From positions 1-53,026 of the forward strand of contig DAOWIS010000015.1 of NCBI GenBank assembly GCA_030640805.1: a DNA stretch of 53,026 bases, written 5' to 3'. The DNA is from a bacterium. GTDB lineage: Bacteria; Patescibacteriota; Minisyncoccia; Minisyncoccales; DAOWIS01. Positions 1 through 8,641 of this stretch are shown piece after piece; the stretch's first letter is position 1, and each line of letters starts with the position of its first letter. Below the pieces are notes generated by a model, which saw only the letters and a program-made list of their open reading frames with translations, was not told the origin of the DNA and ran no database searches. The position numbers and the translations under genes are program-made.

Positions 1-1
1 A

Positions 2-1174
2 GAAATTAAAAATCTGGCTAAAGAGCTGAAGAATTTAAAATTGACTTTCATCAATTCTACTCCTCGAGGAGGTGGAGTAGCCGAAGTTTTAAAGGGCCTC
101 GTTCCTTTAATATTAGATATTGGACTAAAGGTTAAATGGTACACTATTCCTCCCTCTAAAGAATTTTTTGCCTTGACTAAGGAACTCCATAATGCTTTAC
201 AGGGGAAAGAATTTTCTTTGAGTTTTAGGGCAAAACAAGTCTATCAAAATTATATAAAACGGTCGGCTAAATTGATGAATGGTATGAAATCAGATATTTG
301 GGTTATCCATGATCCTCAACCGTTAGGCATTATTAATAATTTGCCAAATCTTCATCCCTCGATAGCTCGTTTACATATTGATACCAGTTCTCCCAATAAA
401 GAGGCATGGGATTTCATTGAACCTTTTCTTTTAAGGTACGATAGAATAATTTTTAGTACTAAAGATTTTATTGCCAAAAGTTTGCCCCAAAAAAAGATTA
501 AAATTATTCCTCCAGCCATTGATCCTCTTTCGGGAAAAAATAAACCTTTATCAGTTCAAAAAGCAAAAACTATTATAGAAAACTTTGGCATCGATTTAAA
601 AAAACCTTTGATAACTCAAATTTCTCGTTTTGATCCTTGGAAAGATCCCTTAGGAGTAATCGAGAGTTATTTTTTAGCAAAAAAGAAAATTCCAGATTTA
701 CAATTGGCTTTAGCTGGTCTTTTTTTAGCTTTGGATGATCCGGAAGCAATGAAAGTTTTTAAACAGGTGGAAAAACAGGCCCAAGGCGAATCTAATATTT
801 TTCTTTTTTCTAATCCTCAAGAATTGGGTAGTTTAGAAGTTAATACTTTTGTTAATGCTTTTCAGGTTGGCTCAGATATAATTTTACAAAAATCAATTAA
901 AGAAGGTTTTGGACTTACTATTACTGAAGCAATGTGGAAAAGAAAGCCGGTCATTGGTGGCAATGTTGGCGGAATAAAAATTCAGATTGAAAATGGCAAA
1001 AATGGATTTTTAGTTTCTAATCCTAAAGAAACCGCCCAAAGAATAGTTCAGTTAATTAAAAATCCAGATTTATCTTTTAGATTGGGAAAAAATGCTCAAC
1101 AAACTGTTAGAGAAAAATTTCTAATGCCTCGGCTTTTAAAAGATTACTTAAAGTTGTTTAAAGAATTATTATAG
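2..1174 (+). CDS. treT: GT4 glycosyltransferase, trehalose synthase TreT-like (5' partial, frame open to window edge)
   Basis: Motifs NSTxxGGGVAE, HDPQP, QISRFDPWKDP, QKSIKEGFGLTITEAMWK; no stop upstream of 41 in this frame. Confidence 0.8.
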   Translation, partial: EIKNLAKELKNLKLTFINSTPRGGGVAEVLKGLVPLILDIGLKVKWYTIPPSKEFFALTKELHNALQGKEFSLSFRAKQVYQNYIKRSAKLMNGMKSDIWVIHDPQPLGIINNLPNLHPSIARLHIDTSSPNKEAWDFIEPFLLRYDRIIFSTKDFIAKSLPQKKIKIIPPAIDPLSGKNKPLSVQKAKTIIENFGIDLKKPLITQISRFDPWKDPLGVIESYFLAKKKIPDLQLALAGLFLALDDPEAMKVFKQVEKQAQGESNIFLFSNPQELGSLEVNTFVNAFQVGSDIILQKSIKEGFGLTITEAMWKRKPVIGGNVGGIKIQIENGKNGFLVSNPKETAQRIVQLIKNPDLSFRLGKNAQQTVREKFLMPRLLKDYLKLFKELL

Positions 1175-1180
1175 TAGTAA

Positions 1181-2032
1181 TCAGTGTTTATCCCATTTTC
1201 CCCTTGGCCAAATGGACATTTGAGGAAAAGGAATTTCGATCTCCTCTTTATCAAAAGCAATTTTTATTCGCTTTCTTAATTCTCGGGTGGCGTCCCATTG
1301 CCTTAAGGGTTTGGTCTCGCCAAGAATTTTAATTATTACTGCTGAATCAGCGAAATCATTAACCCCTAAAACCTGAGGGGTCTTGGTAATATCCTCTTTC
1401 CATTTTGGATCTTTAGCCATTTCTTTACCGACTTTATTTAAAACTTTTATTACTCGCTCAAGATTTTCTTTGTAGGCAATTCCAATATTAAGATTGATTC
1501 TAGAGAAACCTTTAGACAAATTAGAGGCTTTTTTTATTTCTCCATTAGGAATGGTATGTTGAATTCCATCTAAATCACGCAAAATTGTCTTTCGTAGGTT
1601 TATTTCTTCTACTCCGCCACAAGTTCCATCTAGACATATTACATCTCCTATTCGATATTGGTCTTCTAAAATTATAAACAGTCCAGCCAAGAAATCCCGA
1701 ACCATATGTTGGGCTCCAAAGCCAAAAGCAATTCCAGCGATTCCAGCTCCAGCCAGTAAGGGTCCGATATCTATTCCGAATTCAGAAAGAATCATCAGAA
1801 TTGCCATTACCCAGGCCATGATGCCCAAAACTGAACTAAAAACCTTAGTTAAAGTTTTCTCTCTTTTTTCCTGGGCTTTTCCGTCTTTTATTCGATAAGT
1901 TTTTTTAATAGATTTTTTAATTACTTTTCCAATAAAAACTCCGCCAAAGTGTTTAGTTAAATAAACGGCAATTAAAATACAAATGATTTTAATGCCATGA
2001 GATATAAACCAAGAATATATAATTGATAACAT
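1181..2032 (-). CDS. mscS: Small-conductance mechanosensitive channel family protein
   Basis: GIAGIAFGFGAQ..VRDFLAG, GDVI, G.VEEINLRKT, IPNG, IEIPFPQ. Confidence 0.9.
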   Translation of the reverse strand: MLSIIYSWFISHGIKIICILIAVYLTKHFGGVFIGKVIKKSIKKTYRIKDGKAQEKREKTLTKVFSSVLGIMAWVMAILMILSEFGIDIGPLLAGAGIAGIAFGFGAQHMVRDFLAGLFIILEDQYRIGDVICLDGTCGGVEEINLRKTILRDLDGIQHTIPNGEIKKASNLSKGFSRINLNIGIAYKENLERVIKVLNKVGKEMAKDPKWKEDITKTPQVLGVNDFADSAVIIKILGETKPLRQWDATRELRKRIKIAFDKEEIEIPFPQMSIWPRGKWDKH

Positions 2033-2044
2033 ATTTTTATTATT

Positions 2045-2950
2045 TTAGACCTTCGTTCCCCTAAGGGCTTTTATTCTTTTTTCTATTGGTGGGTGGGTCA
2101 TAAATAACTTCGTTAGCCAGTTTTGGGATTGTTTTCCTTTGAAAGGTGAAGAAAAATAGAGATGGGCAGTAGAATTGTTAGCTACTCTTAGAGGATGAGG
2201 ATCAGTCGAGATTTTTTCTAAAGCCCTAACTAATCCTTCAGGATATCTGGTTAAAAGGGCAGCAGTCGCATCGGCTAAAAACTCTCTTTTCCGGGAAATA
2301 GCCAGTTTAATTAAAGTAGCGGCAATGGGAGCTAAAATTGCCGCCAAAATTCCTATAATTAACAAAATAGTCCCGCTGGAATCTCTAGAACTCCTTCTTC
2401 TTCCGCTTCCACCCCAAAAACTAATTCTTAAAAACCAATTAGAGATTAAAGCAATAATTCCCACTAAAATTACTATCACTGTTCCCAGAAGCATATCTTT
2501 ATTTCCAATATGGGATAGTTCGTGAGCAATTACTCCTTCCAGCTCTACTCTATCTAATTTTTCTAAAAGTCCTCGAGTTATTGCGATTACGGCGTGGTTA
2601 GCATCTCTTCCAGTAGCAAAGGCATTAGGTTGGGATTCTTCAATTATATAAATTTTTGGCAAAGGAAGTCCGGCAGTAATAGAAAGATTTTCCACTAAGC
2701 GATAGAGTTCGGGGTTGTCTTTCTTTCCGATTGGCTGAGCATGAGAGATTGAAAGAACAATTTTATCTGAATACCAATAACTTCCCGAACTCATTAAAAT
2801 ACTAATAATCACAGCAATAACCAAAATTACATAACTGTCCAGCAGATAACTGAAAAGATAGCCAATTCCAATGATGAAAATTAAAAAACCAGTAATCAAT
2901 AGCCATGTTTTTCTAATATTTTTATCAGCTTGAGCATAAAGCGTCGCCAT
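2045..2950 (-). CDS. htpX: Zinc metalloprotease HtpX (M48)
   Basis: PNAFATG, HELSH, SRKREFLADA, THPP; follows lemA; ATG at 2950 preferred over TTG at 2962. Confidence 0.92.
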   Translation of the reverse strand: MATLYAQADKNIRKTWLLITGFLIFIIGIGYLFSYLLDSYVILVIAVIISILMSSGSYWYSDKIVLSISHAQPIGKKDNPELYRLVENLSITAGLPLPKIYIIEESQPNAFATGRDANHAVIAITRGLLEKLDRVELEGVIAHELSHIGNKDMLLGTVIVILVGIIALISNWFLRISFWGGSGRRRSSRDSSGTILLIIGILAAILAPIAATLIKLAISRKREFLADATAALLTRYPEGLVRALEKISTDPHPLRVANNSTAHLYFSSPFKGKQSQNWLTKLFMTHPPIEKRIKALRGTKV

Positions 2951-3072
2951 AAAAAACCCCAATGACTAAATCCGAATTCCGAACAAATTCCCAAATCCCA
3001 ATAACCAAACTTTAAAAATTAGACATTTAGGCATTAGTTATTTATTCGGATTTCGAGCTTGGGATTTTGGGT

Positions 3073-3627
3073 TTAAAACCTAACAGACACTGGCTTTCTT
3101 TTTTCTGGCTCTTCCAATTCAAAGAATTCCATCTTTTGGAAATTGAAAAGATTAGCCACTATGTTGGCTGGGCAGGACTCAATTTTAATATTGAGATCCC
3201 GAGTATTTCCATTATAAAAGCGGCGAGCCGCCTGAATTTTATCTTCAGTATCGCGAAGTTCTCTTTGAAGTTCCAAGAAGTTCTGAGAAGCCCTAAGATC
3301 AGGGTAATTTTCAGCTACAGCAAAAAGAGATTTCAAAGTTCCTGACAAGATGTTCTCTGTTTGCTCTTTTTCTTTTAATCCCTTAGATTCCATTGCTCTT
3401 GTTCTTGCCTCGGTGACTTTTTCAAAAACCCCTTTCTCATGAGCAGCATAACCTTTTACAGTCTCTACTAAATTAGGGATTAAATTATATCTTCTTTTTA
3501 ATTGAACATCAATATCGGCCCAGGCCTCTTTGGTTCGATTTCGTAATTTTACTAATCCGTTATAAATAACAATAATCCAGAAAATCAGGATAATTAGAAT
3601 TCCTAAAACAATATATAAAATTTCCAT
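3073..3627 (-). CDS. lemA: LemA family protein
   Basis: YNGLV, AWADIDVQLKRRYNLIPNLVETVKGYA, AVAENYPDL, ARRFYN. Confidence 0.95.
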   Translation of the reverse strand: MEILYIVLGILIILIFWIIVIYNGLVKLRNRTKEAWADIDVQLKRRYNLIPNLVETVKGYAAHEKGVFEKVTEARTRAMESKGLKEKEQTENILSGTLKSLFAVAENYPDLRASQNFLELQRELRDTEDKIQAARRFYNGNTRDLNIKIESCPANIVANLFNFQKMEFFELEEPEKRKPVSVRF

Positions 3628-3653
3628 ATTTGTTTTTCAATTAATTTATGACC

Positions 3654-3731
3654 TTTACCCCCACACCAAACGAGCATAAACTTTTGTTTTAACTAGGCGG
3701 AGCCTAATGCTCGTTCTGGTGTGGGGGTAAA
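3654..3731. repeat. Long imperfect palindrome (MITE/REP-like) with TTTACCCCCACACCA termini
   Basis: TTTACCCCCACACCA-AACGAGCAT ... ATGCTCGTT-C-TGGTGTGGGGGTAAA; internal TAGGC-GGA-GCCTA hairpin. Confidence 0.8.
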
Positions 3732-3822
3732 TTTTGTTTCTATTTTAGTATATTATAGTTTAAATTTATAAGCAATATGATTAAAATAAAACCCTTCTCG
3801 AAATTCAATTCGAAAAGGGTCT

Positions 3823-5607
3823 TTAGGATATTTTAAATCTAACCGCTGTCTCTCTTATGTCTTTGCTTTCTTCCGGGTCGTTGCGATCATATACAATAAC
3901 ATGAAGGATATAGTCTCCCTTCTCGAGATGATTCAATGTTCCCATTAAGAACGGTTGACCTTCAATATTTGCTGGCCAAGAGGCGTATACCGAGTCAGGT
4001 CCTGCATAAAGGGCAAATTCATCGTTCTCTACCTGATAGAGAATGTTATAAATGACCAAGGACTTAAGGCTGTCATTTTCGCCTCTTTTTAGTTCATACA
4101 GCTCACAATAGTAACTAGCCAATTGCCCCTTAAGATAAACATTCCCTGGTCGGGGCACAATAATCATTGAATTTCGGATAAACTTATGTCCGTTGTTTAT
4201 CACATAGGTCGAGTCAGCTGGCCAGATTGAATGAGCCATTACCAAACTGCTGATTTTATCCCGTCCCACCGCAAAAGCATGAGACGCTAAGGAGATAGTG
4301 GTATCAAAAATTCCTTTTTTTTGAGAACCACTGTCCGATATACTAATGCCAACAATGTAATTTCCTGGCGGGAGAGAATCGTGTCTGTACTGATCAATAT
4401 AAAACATACCCTTCTGTTGATCTTTTGGTAATTTTTTCCTGATGGTTGTACTGTCTTGAGCGACAGGCAGCATAGATTTTTCATCAAATATCACTATCTT
4501 TTCTGTAAAAATAGCCTCATTAAGAAAATCAGAATCGGAAAGTGGAGTTAGCTCTTCAAGAGGGATACCAAGATTTACATTAAACGCATAAGTGTCTCCT
4601 CTGTCAGAATCCCACTTATTTCTAAAATCCCACAAGCTCAATGCAAAATTCAGTTGTTCTCCAAGATCAACTGGAACTTCCGCTTTAGCCATATCAATCT
4701 TTTCAGTTTTAGTTGTTATGTACTGGCTTAGCGCTCTCATGCCGGCATCGTGAGAGAGACCTTTGTTTTCTAAATAAGGCATCAGCTCATAGTAACCGTA
4801 TCCGTAACGATCTTCAAATTGGAAAGTCCCATTTTCCCCAAGCCTATAATAAACCCAAACCTCGGATCTACTCTTTAAGTCTTCAATTACCTGATCTATG
4901 TCTTTTGTTTCATCTAAAGACACAAAATTACCAGAGCGATCAGAATAATAATCAGCAGGTTCTATAATATCGGGCGGTCCATACAAAATATAGACATTGC
5001 CTCTTTCATCCCCATGAAAGAAATCGTAGGCATGTTCTACCCTCTGGTCAAACTCTTCTTTGAATTCATTTATTCTAGTAGTGAGATCAGGGTCTTTCTT
5101 TGCCCACCAAATCCTCAAGAACTCTTCTCTATCCGGAGGAGAAGACATCAGAAACTTTTCCATTTCCTCTTCAGAGAATAAAAGTTTCATTGAGTAATAG
5201 AGGATTTTTCCTTCCTCGGTTTTCACCAGCTCCTTTCTTTTTTTGTCTAAGAGTTTTTTTATGAGTTTACTTCTCTCTTTTTCGTTTTTCAGAGAGAGGT
5301 ACCTTATCCGAGACAAAGAATCGCTTAAATAAACACGAAAGACTGTTTGTTCCTTAGGCGTCAGGGCCTCATATCTTCTGTTCCAAAATTCTCTCCAAAG
5401 AGAATCTTTTACAGATTTTAGGGTTGGAGTTAGATAATGTAAAGCAAATATATCTAACTCTGCTTTAGCAGCTCCAGCTTTTTTTAATTGCCCGTATTTC
5501 TTCTGGTCTTCCTGACTGAGATTCTTAGGCGAAAGAGGGCTTCTGGCCGCACAGCTTATAATCAGCAACGTTCCCAAGAACAATCCTAAATAAAAGTTCT
5601 TTTTCAT
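3823..5607 (-). CDS. GWxTD-domain-like lipoprotein
   Basis: Lipobox-like LIISC; WWAKKDPD..T..NEFKEEF..RV.HA...F..DERGNVYILYGPPD..EVWVY pattern of the GWxTD family. Confidence 0.75.
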   Translation of the reverse strand: MKKNFYLGLFLGTLLIISCAARSPLSPKNLSQEDQKKYGQLKKAGAAKAELDIFALHYLTPTLKSVKDSLWREFWNRRYEALTPKEQTVFRVYLSDSLSRIRYLSLKNEKERSKLIKKLLDKKRKELVKTEEGKILYYSMKLLFSEEEMEKFLMSSPPDREEFLRIWWAKKDPDLTTRINEFKEEFDQRVEHAYDFFHGDERGNVYILYGPPDIIEPADYYSDRSGNFVSLDETKDIDQVIEDLKSRSEVWVYYRLGENGTFQFEDRYGYGYYELMPYLENKGLSHDAGMRALSQYITTKTEKIDMAKAEVPVDLGEQLNFALSLWDFRNKWDSDRGDTYAFNVNLGIPLEELTPLSDSDFLNEAIFTEKIVIFDEKSMLPVAQDSTTIRKKLPKDQQKGMFYIDQYRHDSLPPGNYIVGISISDSGSQKKGIFDTTISLASHAFAVGRDKISSLVMAHSIWPADSTYVINNGHKFIRNSMIIVPRPGNVYLKGQLASYYCELYELKRGENDSLKSLVIYNILYQVENDEFALYAGPDSVYASWPANIEGQPFLMGTLNHLEKGDYILHVIVYDRNDPEESKDIRETAVRFKIS

Positions 5608-5802
5608 TTCTTCTGTCTCCTATTCCATATTTTATTTTAAAGGTTCTTATAATTCTTTAATTATCTATAAAAATTTAACTTAAGTTAAAACCATCAGATA
5701 GTAAAAAATACTAAAAGTTACTAAAATATTATTTATAATATTATTTATCTATTAACAGTTTTTGTGACACCTCATCGCTGAAATACTGTAGAGATTGGGA
5801 TA

Positions 5803-5994
5803 TTATCTAAAGGAAGGAAAATTGGAAGAAGTAGTGCCACCACATACCCAATGGCACGTTTCTCCTTCAGGACTACTCCAACAATGCCAATAGCAACCCT
5901 CGTCTAATCCCACCGCTATCACATTAATGGAAAACAGTAGAGCAAATCCTATAATAACAGCTAAAGATATAGAAAGAATAATTTTTTTAGCCAT
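5803..5994 (-). CDS. Small secreted Cys/Trp-rich peptide
   Basis: 63 aa; basic N-terminus plus hydrophobic signal, then CYWHCW..CHWVCGG. Confidence 0.55.
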   Translation of the reverse strand: MAKKIILSISLAVIIGFALLFSINVIAVGLDEGCYWHCWSSPEGETCHWVCGGTTSSNFPSFR

Positions 5995-6145
5995 TTTGCT
6001 TTATAAATAGGTTTAATTAGAAATCGACCTCTATCAAGAAAAAATTAGAAATTTTTCTTGAACTTCCTAATTATTCCTCCAATTCAAATTATACTCCTTT
6101 TAATGGAGAGTTGTCAACCCCACAAGATATTTTTGATTTTCTACT

Positions 6146-6181
6146 TGTACCTTGTACACGCATATACTTGTACAAGGTACA
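6146..6181. repeat. Intergenic palindrome, CCTTGTACACGCATAT family, copy 1
   Basis: TGTACCTTGTACA..TGTACAAGGTACA; other copies at 33358, 35844, 37391. Confidence 0.85.
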
Positions 6182-6257
6182 GATTAATTTAATTTTAAAA
6201 AATCGCTTTGTTCATTATTAGTATTCTTTATTAACGATTACTATTAACTAATAATTA

Positions 6258-6283
6258 AAAAGGCCGGGAAACCGGCCTTTTTT
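6258..6283. terminator. Intrinsic terminator (bidirectional form)
   Basis: AAAAGGCCGG-GAAA-CCGGCCTTTTTT just past the stop of 6286..6795. Confidence 0.8.
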
Positions 6284-6285
6284 GT

Positions 6286-6795
6286 CTATTCCTGCTTTGT
6301 AAATTTTACTTTAGCTCTCCTCCTGAGTTTTATTTTTCTTAGTGTTTCTTTCAAGGTACTCTTGGGATTATATTCTTCTTTGCTTAAATCTAAAAATTTT
6401 ACTTTAACCCTCCTTCCAAATCTTATTGTTAGAGCATCTGCCAAAGTATACATGTGACTAAGATCTTCTTTCTGAAAAAAATAAAGATTCCATTCCTCTT
6501 CATCATCACCAAACCAAAGTATTGCCGAAACCCTTTCCTTAGTCTTTTTGACTGAAATTAAAAATTTAACTCTACCAATTCCAATTGGACGTTCTTTTTC
6601 TTTAGGTGGATCAGTCAGGACTAATGATTCAGAAATAGACCCAGGCTTAGCGGGATCAAAAAGAAGATTAGAGATCTTAGATACATTATAGTCCCCTTTG
6701 CTTAACCATTCAGAAATCTGATCAGAGAAATCAGGATTAGATTTCTCACTATTACTGTCAGAGTCATCCTTTTCTGCCTTAATTCCTTTTTCCAC
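6286..6795 (-). CDS. Hypothetical protein
   Basis: 169-aa ORF, GTG start with GGAGG SD, terminator downstream. Confidence 0.65.
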   Translation of the reverse strand: MEKGIKAEKDDSDSNSEKSNPDFSDQISEWLSKGDYNVSKISNLLFDPAKPGSISESLVLTDPPKEKERPIGIGRVKFLISVKKTKERVSAILWFGDDEEEWNLYFFQKEDLSHMYTLADALTIRFGRRVKVKFLDLSKEEYNPKSTLKETLRKIKLRRRAKVKFTKQE

Positions 6796-6852
6796 TGTTT
6801 TTTCCTCCCTCTTATAAAATTTTAAAGTGCTAAATAATTAAGTAAAATATAC

Positions 6853-6944
6853 TGGCGGAGGCGAGAGGATTTGAACCTCTGATGCCGATTAAGGCATATC
6901 CGCTTTCCAAGCGGACGCACTAGGCCATACTATGCGACGCCTCC
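6853..6944 (-). tRNA. tRNA-Ser(GGA)
   Basis: GGAGGCG acceptor stem, TCCGC-TTGGAAA-GCGGA anticodon arm, long variable arm, GGTTCAAATCC T-arm, encoded CCA. Confidence 0.95.
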
Positions 6945-6953
6945 ATAAATAAT

Positions 6954-7035
6954 TGGTGTGGGGGCGTGCTCACGATACCCTTTCGAGTATACGTGCTTTC
7001 CAGGCACGCCAGTTAAGCCACTCGGCCACCCCTCC
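6954..7035 (-). pseudogene. Degenerate second tRNA-Ser(GGA) lacking a T-loop
   Basis: GGAGGGGTGGCCGAGTGG..CGTGC-CTGGAAA-GCACG, variable arm, then GTGAGCACG-CCCCCACACCA with no TTCGA loop. Confidence 0.75.
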
Positions 7036-7049
7036 TTACTGACTTATTT

Positions 7050-7685
7050 TTAGTAATGAATTGCTACTGGTGTTCCTATTTCTGTCCAATTATAGAGAAT
7101 TTCTGCCGAACCAATTGGCAGTCGGACACAACCATGAGAAACAGGATGACCTAAACTTCTTTCCGACTCTCGATAACCGTTTAAAAAAGGTAATTCATGA
7201 ATGCCGTTCTCTTGACCAGCGATTCTATAAATTCCTAAAAAATAAGGCATTGTCCAATAAAGTCCATTAACTCCTCCATAAGCCATTGGATGTTTACTAA
7301 TCACTGAGAAATTGCCGGTCTTGGTAGGAGTAGAGCTTTTTCCAGTGGAGACAATATACTCGGCAAGTTTTTTTTCGCTTCTCCAAAGAATTAATATTTG
7401 TTTTGAGAGATTTATTTCAATTTTTTTCTCTATATTTCCATTTATTGGGAGAAAAACTGGCTGGGCGCTTGATAGTTCAACGATTTTATAAATATCATTA
7501 TAATCTATAATTTCTTCCGGACCAGTAATGACTGGAATCGAGGTTCCGGTTAAGATAAAAACAATCCCTAAAATCATCCAATTGAATATTGACTTGGAAT
7601 CCTTTTTGGCTCTAAGATCGATTATTCGTTTTTTCCCCTTATATCTTGGTGGAAAGATATCAAAAGTCTTTATTCCTTTACTCAT
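7050..7685 (-). CDS. L,D-transpeptidase (YkuD domain), membrane anchored
   Basis: VSTGK...TKTGNF, GIH, SHGCVRL catalytic motif. Confidence 0.9.
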   Translation of the reverse strand: MSKGIKTFDIFPPRYKGKKRIIDLRAKKDSKSIFNWMILGIVFILTGTSIPVITGPEEIIDYNDIYKIVELSSAQPVFLPINGNIEKKIEINLSKQILILWRSEKKLAEYIVSTGKSSTPTKTGNFSVISKHPMAYGGVNGLYWTMPYFLGIYRIAGQENGIHELPFLNGYRESERSLGHPVSHGCVRLPIGSAEILYNWTEIGTPVAIHY

Positions 7686-8391
7686 AATTTTTTAAAGGCG
7701 TTTTTCTGACAATACACAAAGGGGTTTGTTCTTTGGATTGACCAAGAGGGTTATCTCTAAATACTTTTTTACAAAAATCATCAGAAATATATCTGCTGGA
7801 TTTACCCAGAACTGCCACACCTAAATCATTGGCATCAATTATTATTACTTCCTGATTGATTTTTTCTTTAAGAAATTTGGCAACTTTATTAGGTTTTAAA
7901 GGTCCTAATTTAGCATATTTATTGTAAGGTGGAATAGTATAAGAACAGGGTCCGTCAATAGAAGCAACTTTTTTTCCGCAAATCCAATAGAACCCTCCTC
8001 TAAGACCAAATGGCTTGCTTAGGGCTGAGGCAACCATACCCAAAAACATTTTTGGATAGCCGGCCTCTCTAATAGCCAGTTCCATTGTCCAAGGACTGCC
8101 AATCCCGATACCGTAAGGAGATTTACGAACAAATTTTGAAAGAAATTTCGCCGGCCAAGAAGGGCTGATGTCTTTAATGGGCCAAGCTCGGCTTTGAGTT
8201 ATGGCTACAATCCGTTCGCTTATAAAAACAATATCATCTTTTTTTAAATGGGGCTTTAGATATTTTTCTAAGATATTTAAAAGGTTGTCCTTAGGGGTAA
8301 TAAGGCGGGTTTTTATAGGCAGACGGACATATTTATTTTTTTCAACCTCAATAATTAATTTCTTCCCTGGATTAGGAATAAACTCAACCAT
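7678..8391 (-). CDS. F420-0:gamma-glutamyl ligase (CofE)-like family protein
   Basis: PIKTRLIT..D, DIVFISERIVAITQSR, IDGP, IIDANDLG, DNPLGQS.EQTP. Confidence 0.75.
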   Translation of the reverse strand: MVEFIPNPGKKLIIEVEKNKYVRLPIKTRLITPKDNLLNILEKYLKPHLKKDDIVFISERIVAITQSRAWPIKDISPSWPAKFLSKFVRKSPYGIGIGSPWTMELAIREAGYPKMFLGMVASALSKPFGLRGGFYWICGKKVASIDGPCSYTIPPYNKYAKLGPLKPNKVAKFLKEKINQEVIIIDANDLGVAVLGKSSRYISDDFCKKVFRDNPLGQSKEQTPLCIVRKTPLKNYE

Positions 8392-8416
8392 ATATTTAAT
8401 ATTTGATTTTATTTTG

Positions 8417-8487
8417 TGCCCCCAGAAGGAATCGAACCCTCGTCAATGGCTTAAAAGGCCACTGCTCTACCATTGAGCTATGGGGGC
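8417..8487 (-). tRNA. tRNA-Lys(TTT)
   Basis: GCCCCCATAGCTCAATGGTAGAGCAGTGGC-CTTTTAA-GCCAT..GGTTCGATTCC..TGGGGGCA. Confidence 0.95.
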
Positions 8488-8641
8488 AAAGCGAATTTTC
8501 GATATGCTCAAATTCGCAGTAGTTAGTAGTTAGTAGTTAGTATTTAGTATTTAGAAAATAAGATAAAATCATTTATTATAAAAAGCGAAAATTTGCTTCC
8601 TAACTACTAATTACTCACACTAATTACAAAATTTAATTCTT

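Noticed and set aside
4979..4987. Self-match of spacer CCATACAAA (similarly AGGTTAAGG near 10839)
   Set aside because: Only one 9-nt half matches and the partner half is absent; expected by chance in 53 kb
3823..6852. Integrative element or prophage at tRNA-Ser
   Set aside because: No integrase, no duplicated tRNA 3' end at the far border and no phage genes; only accessory character is supported
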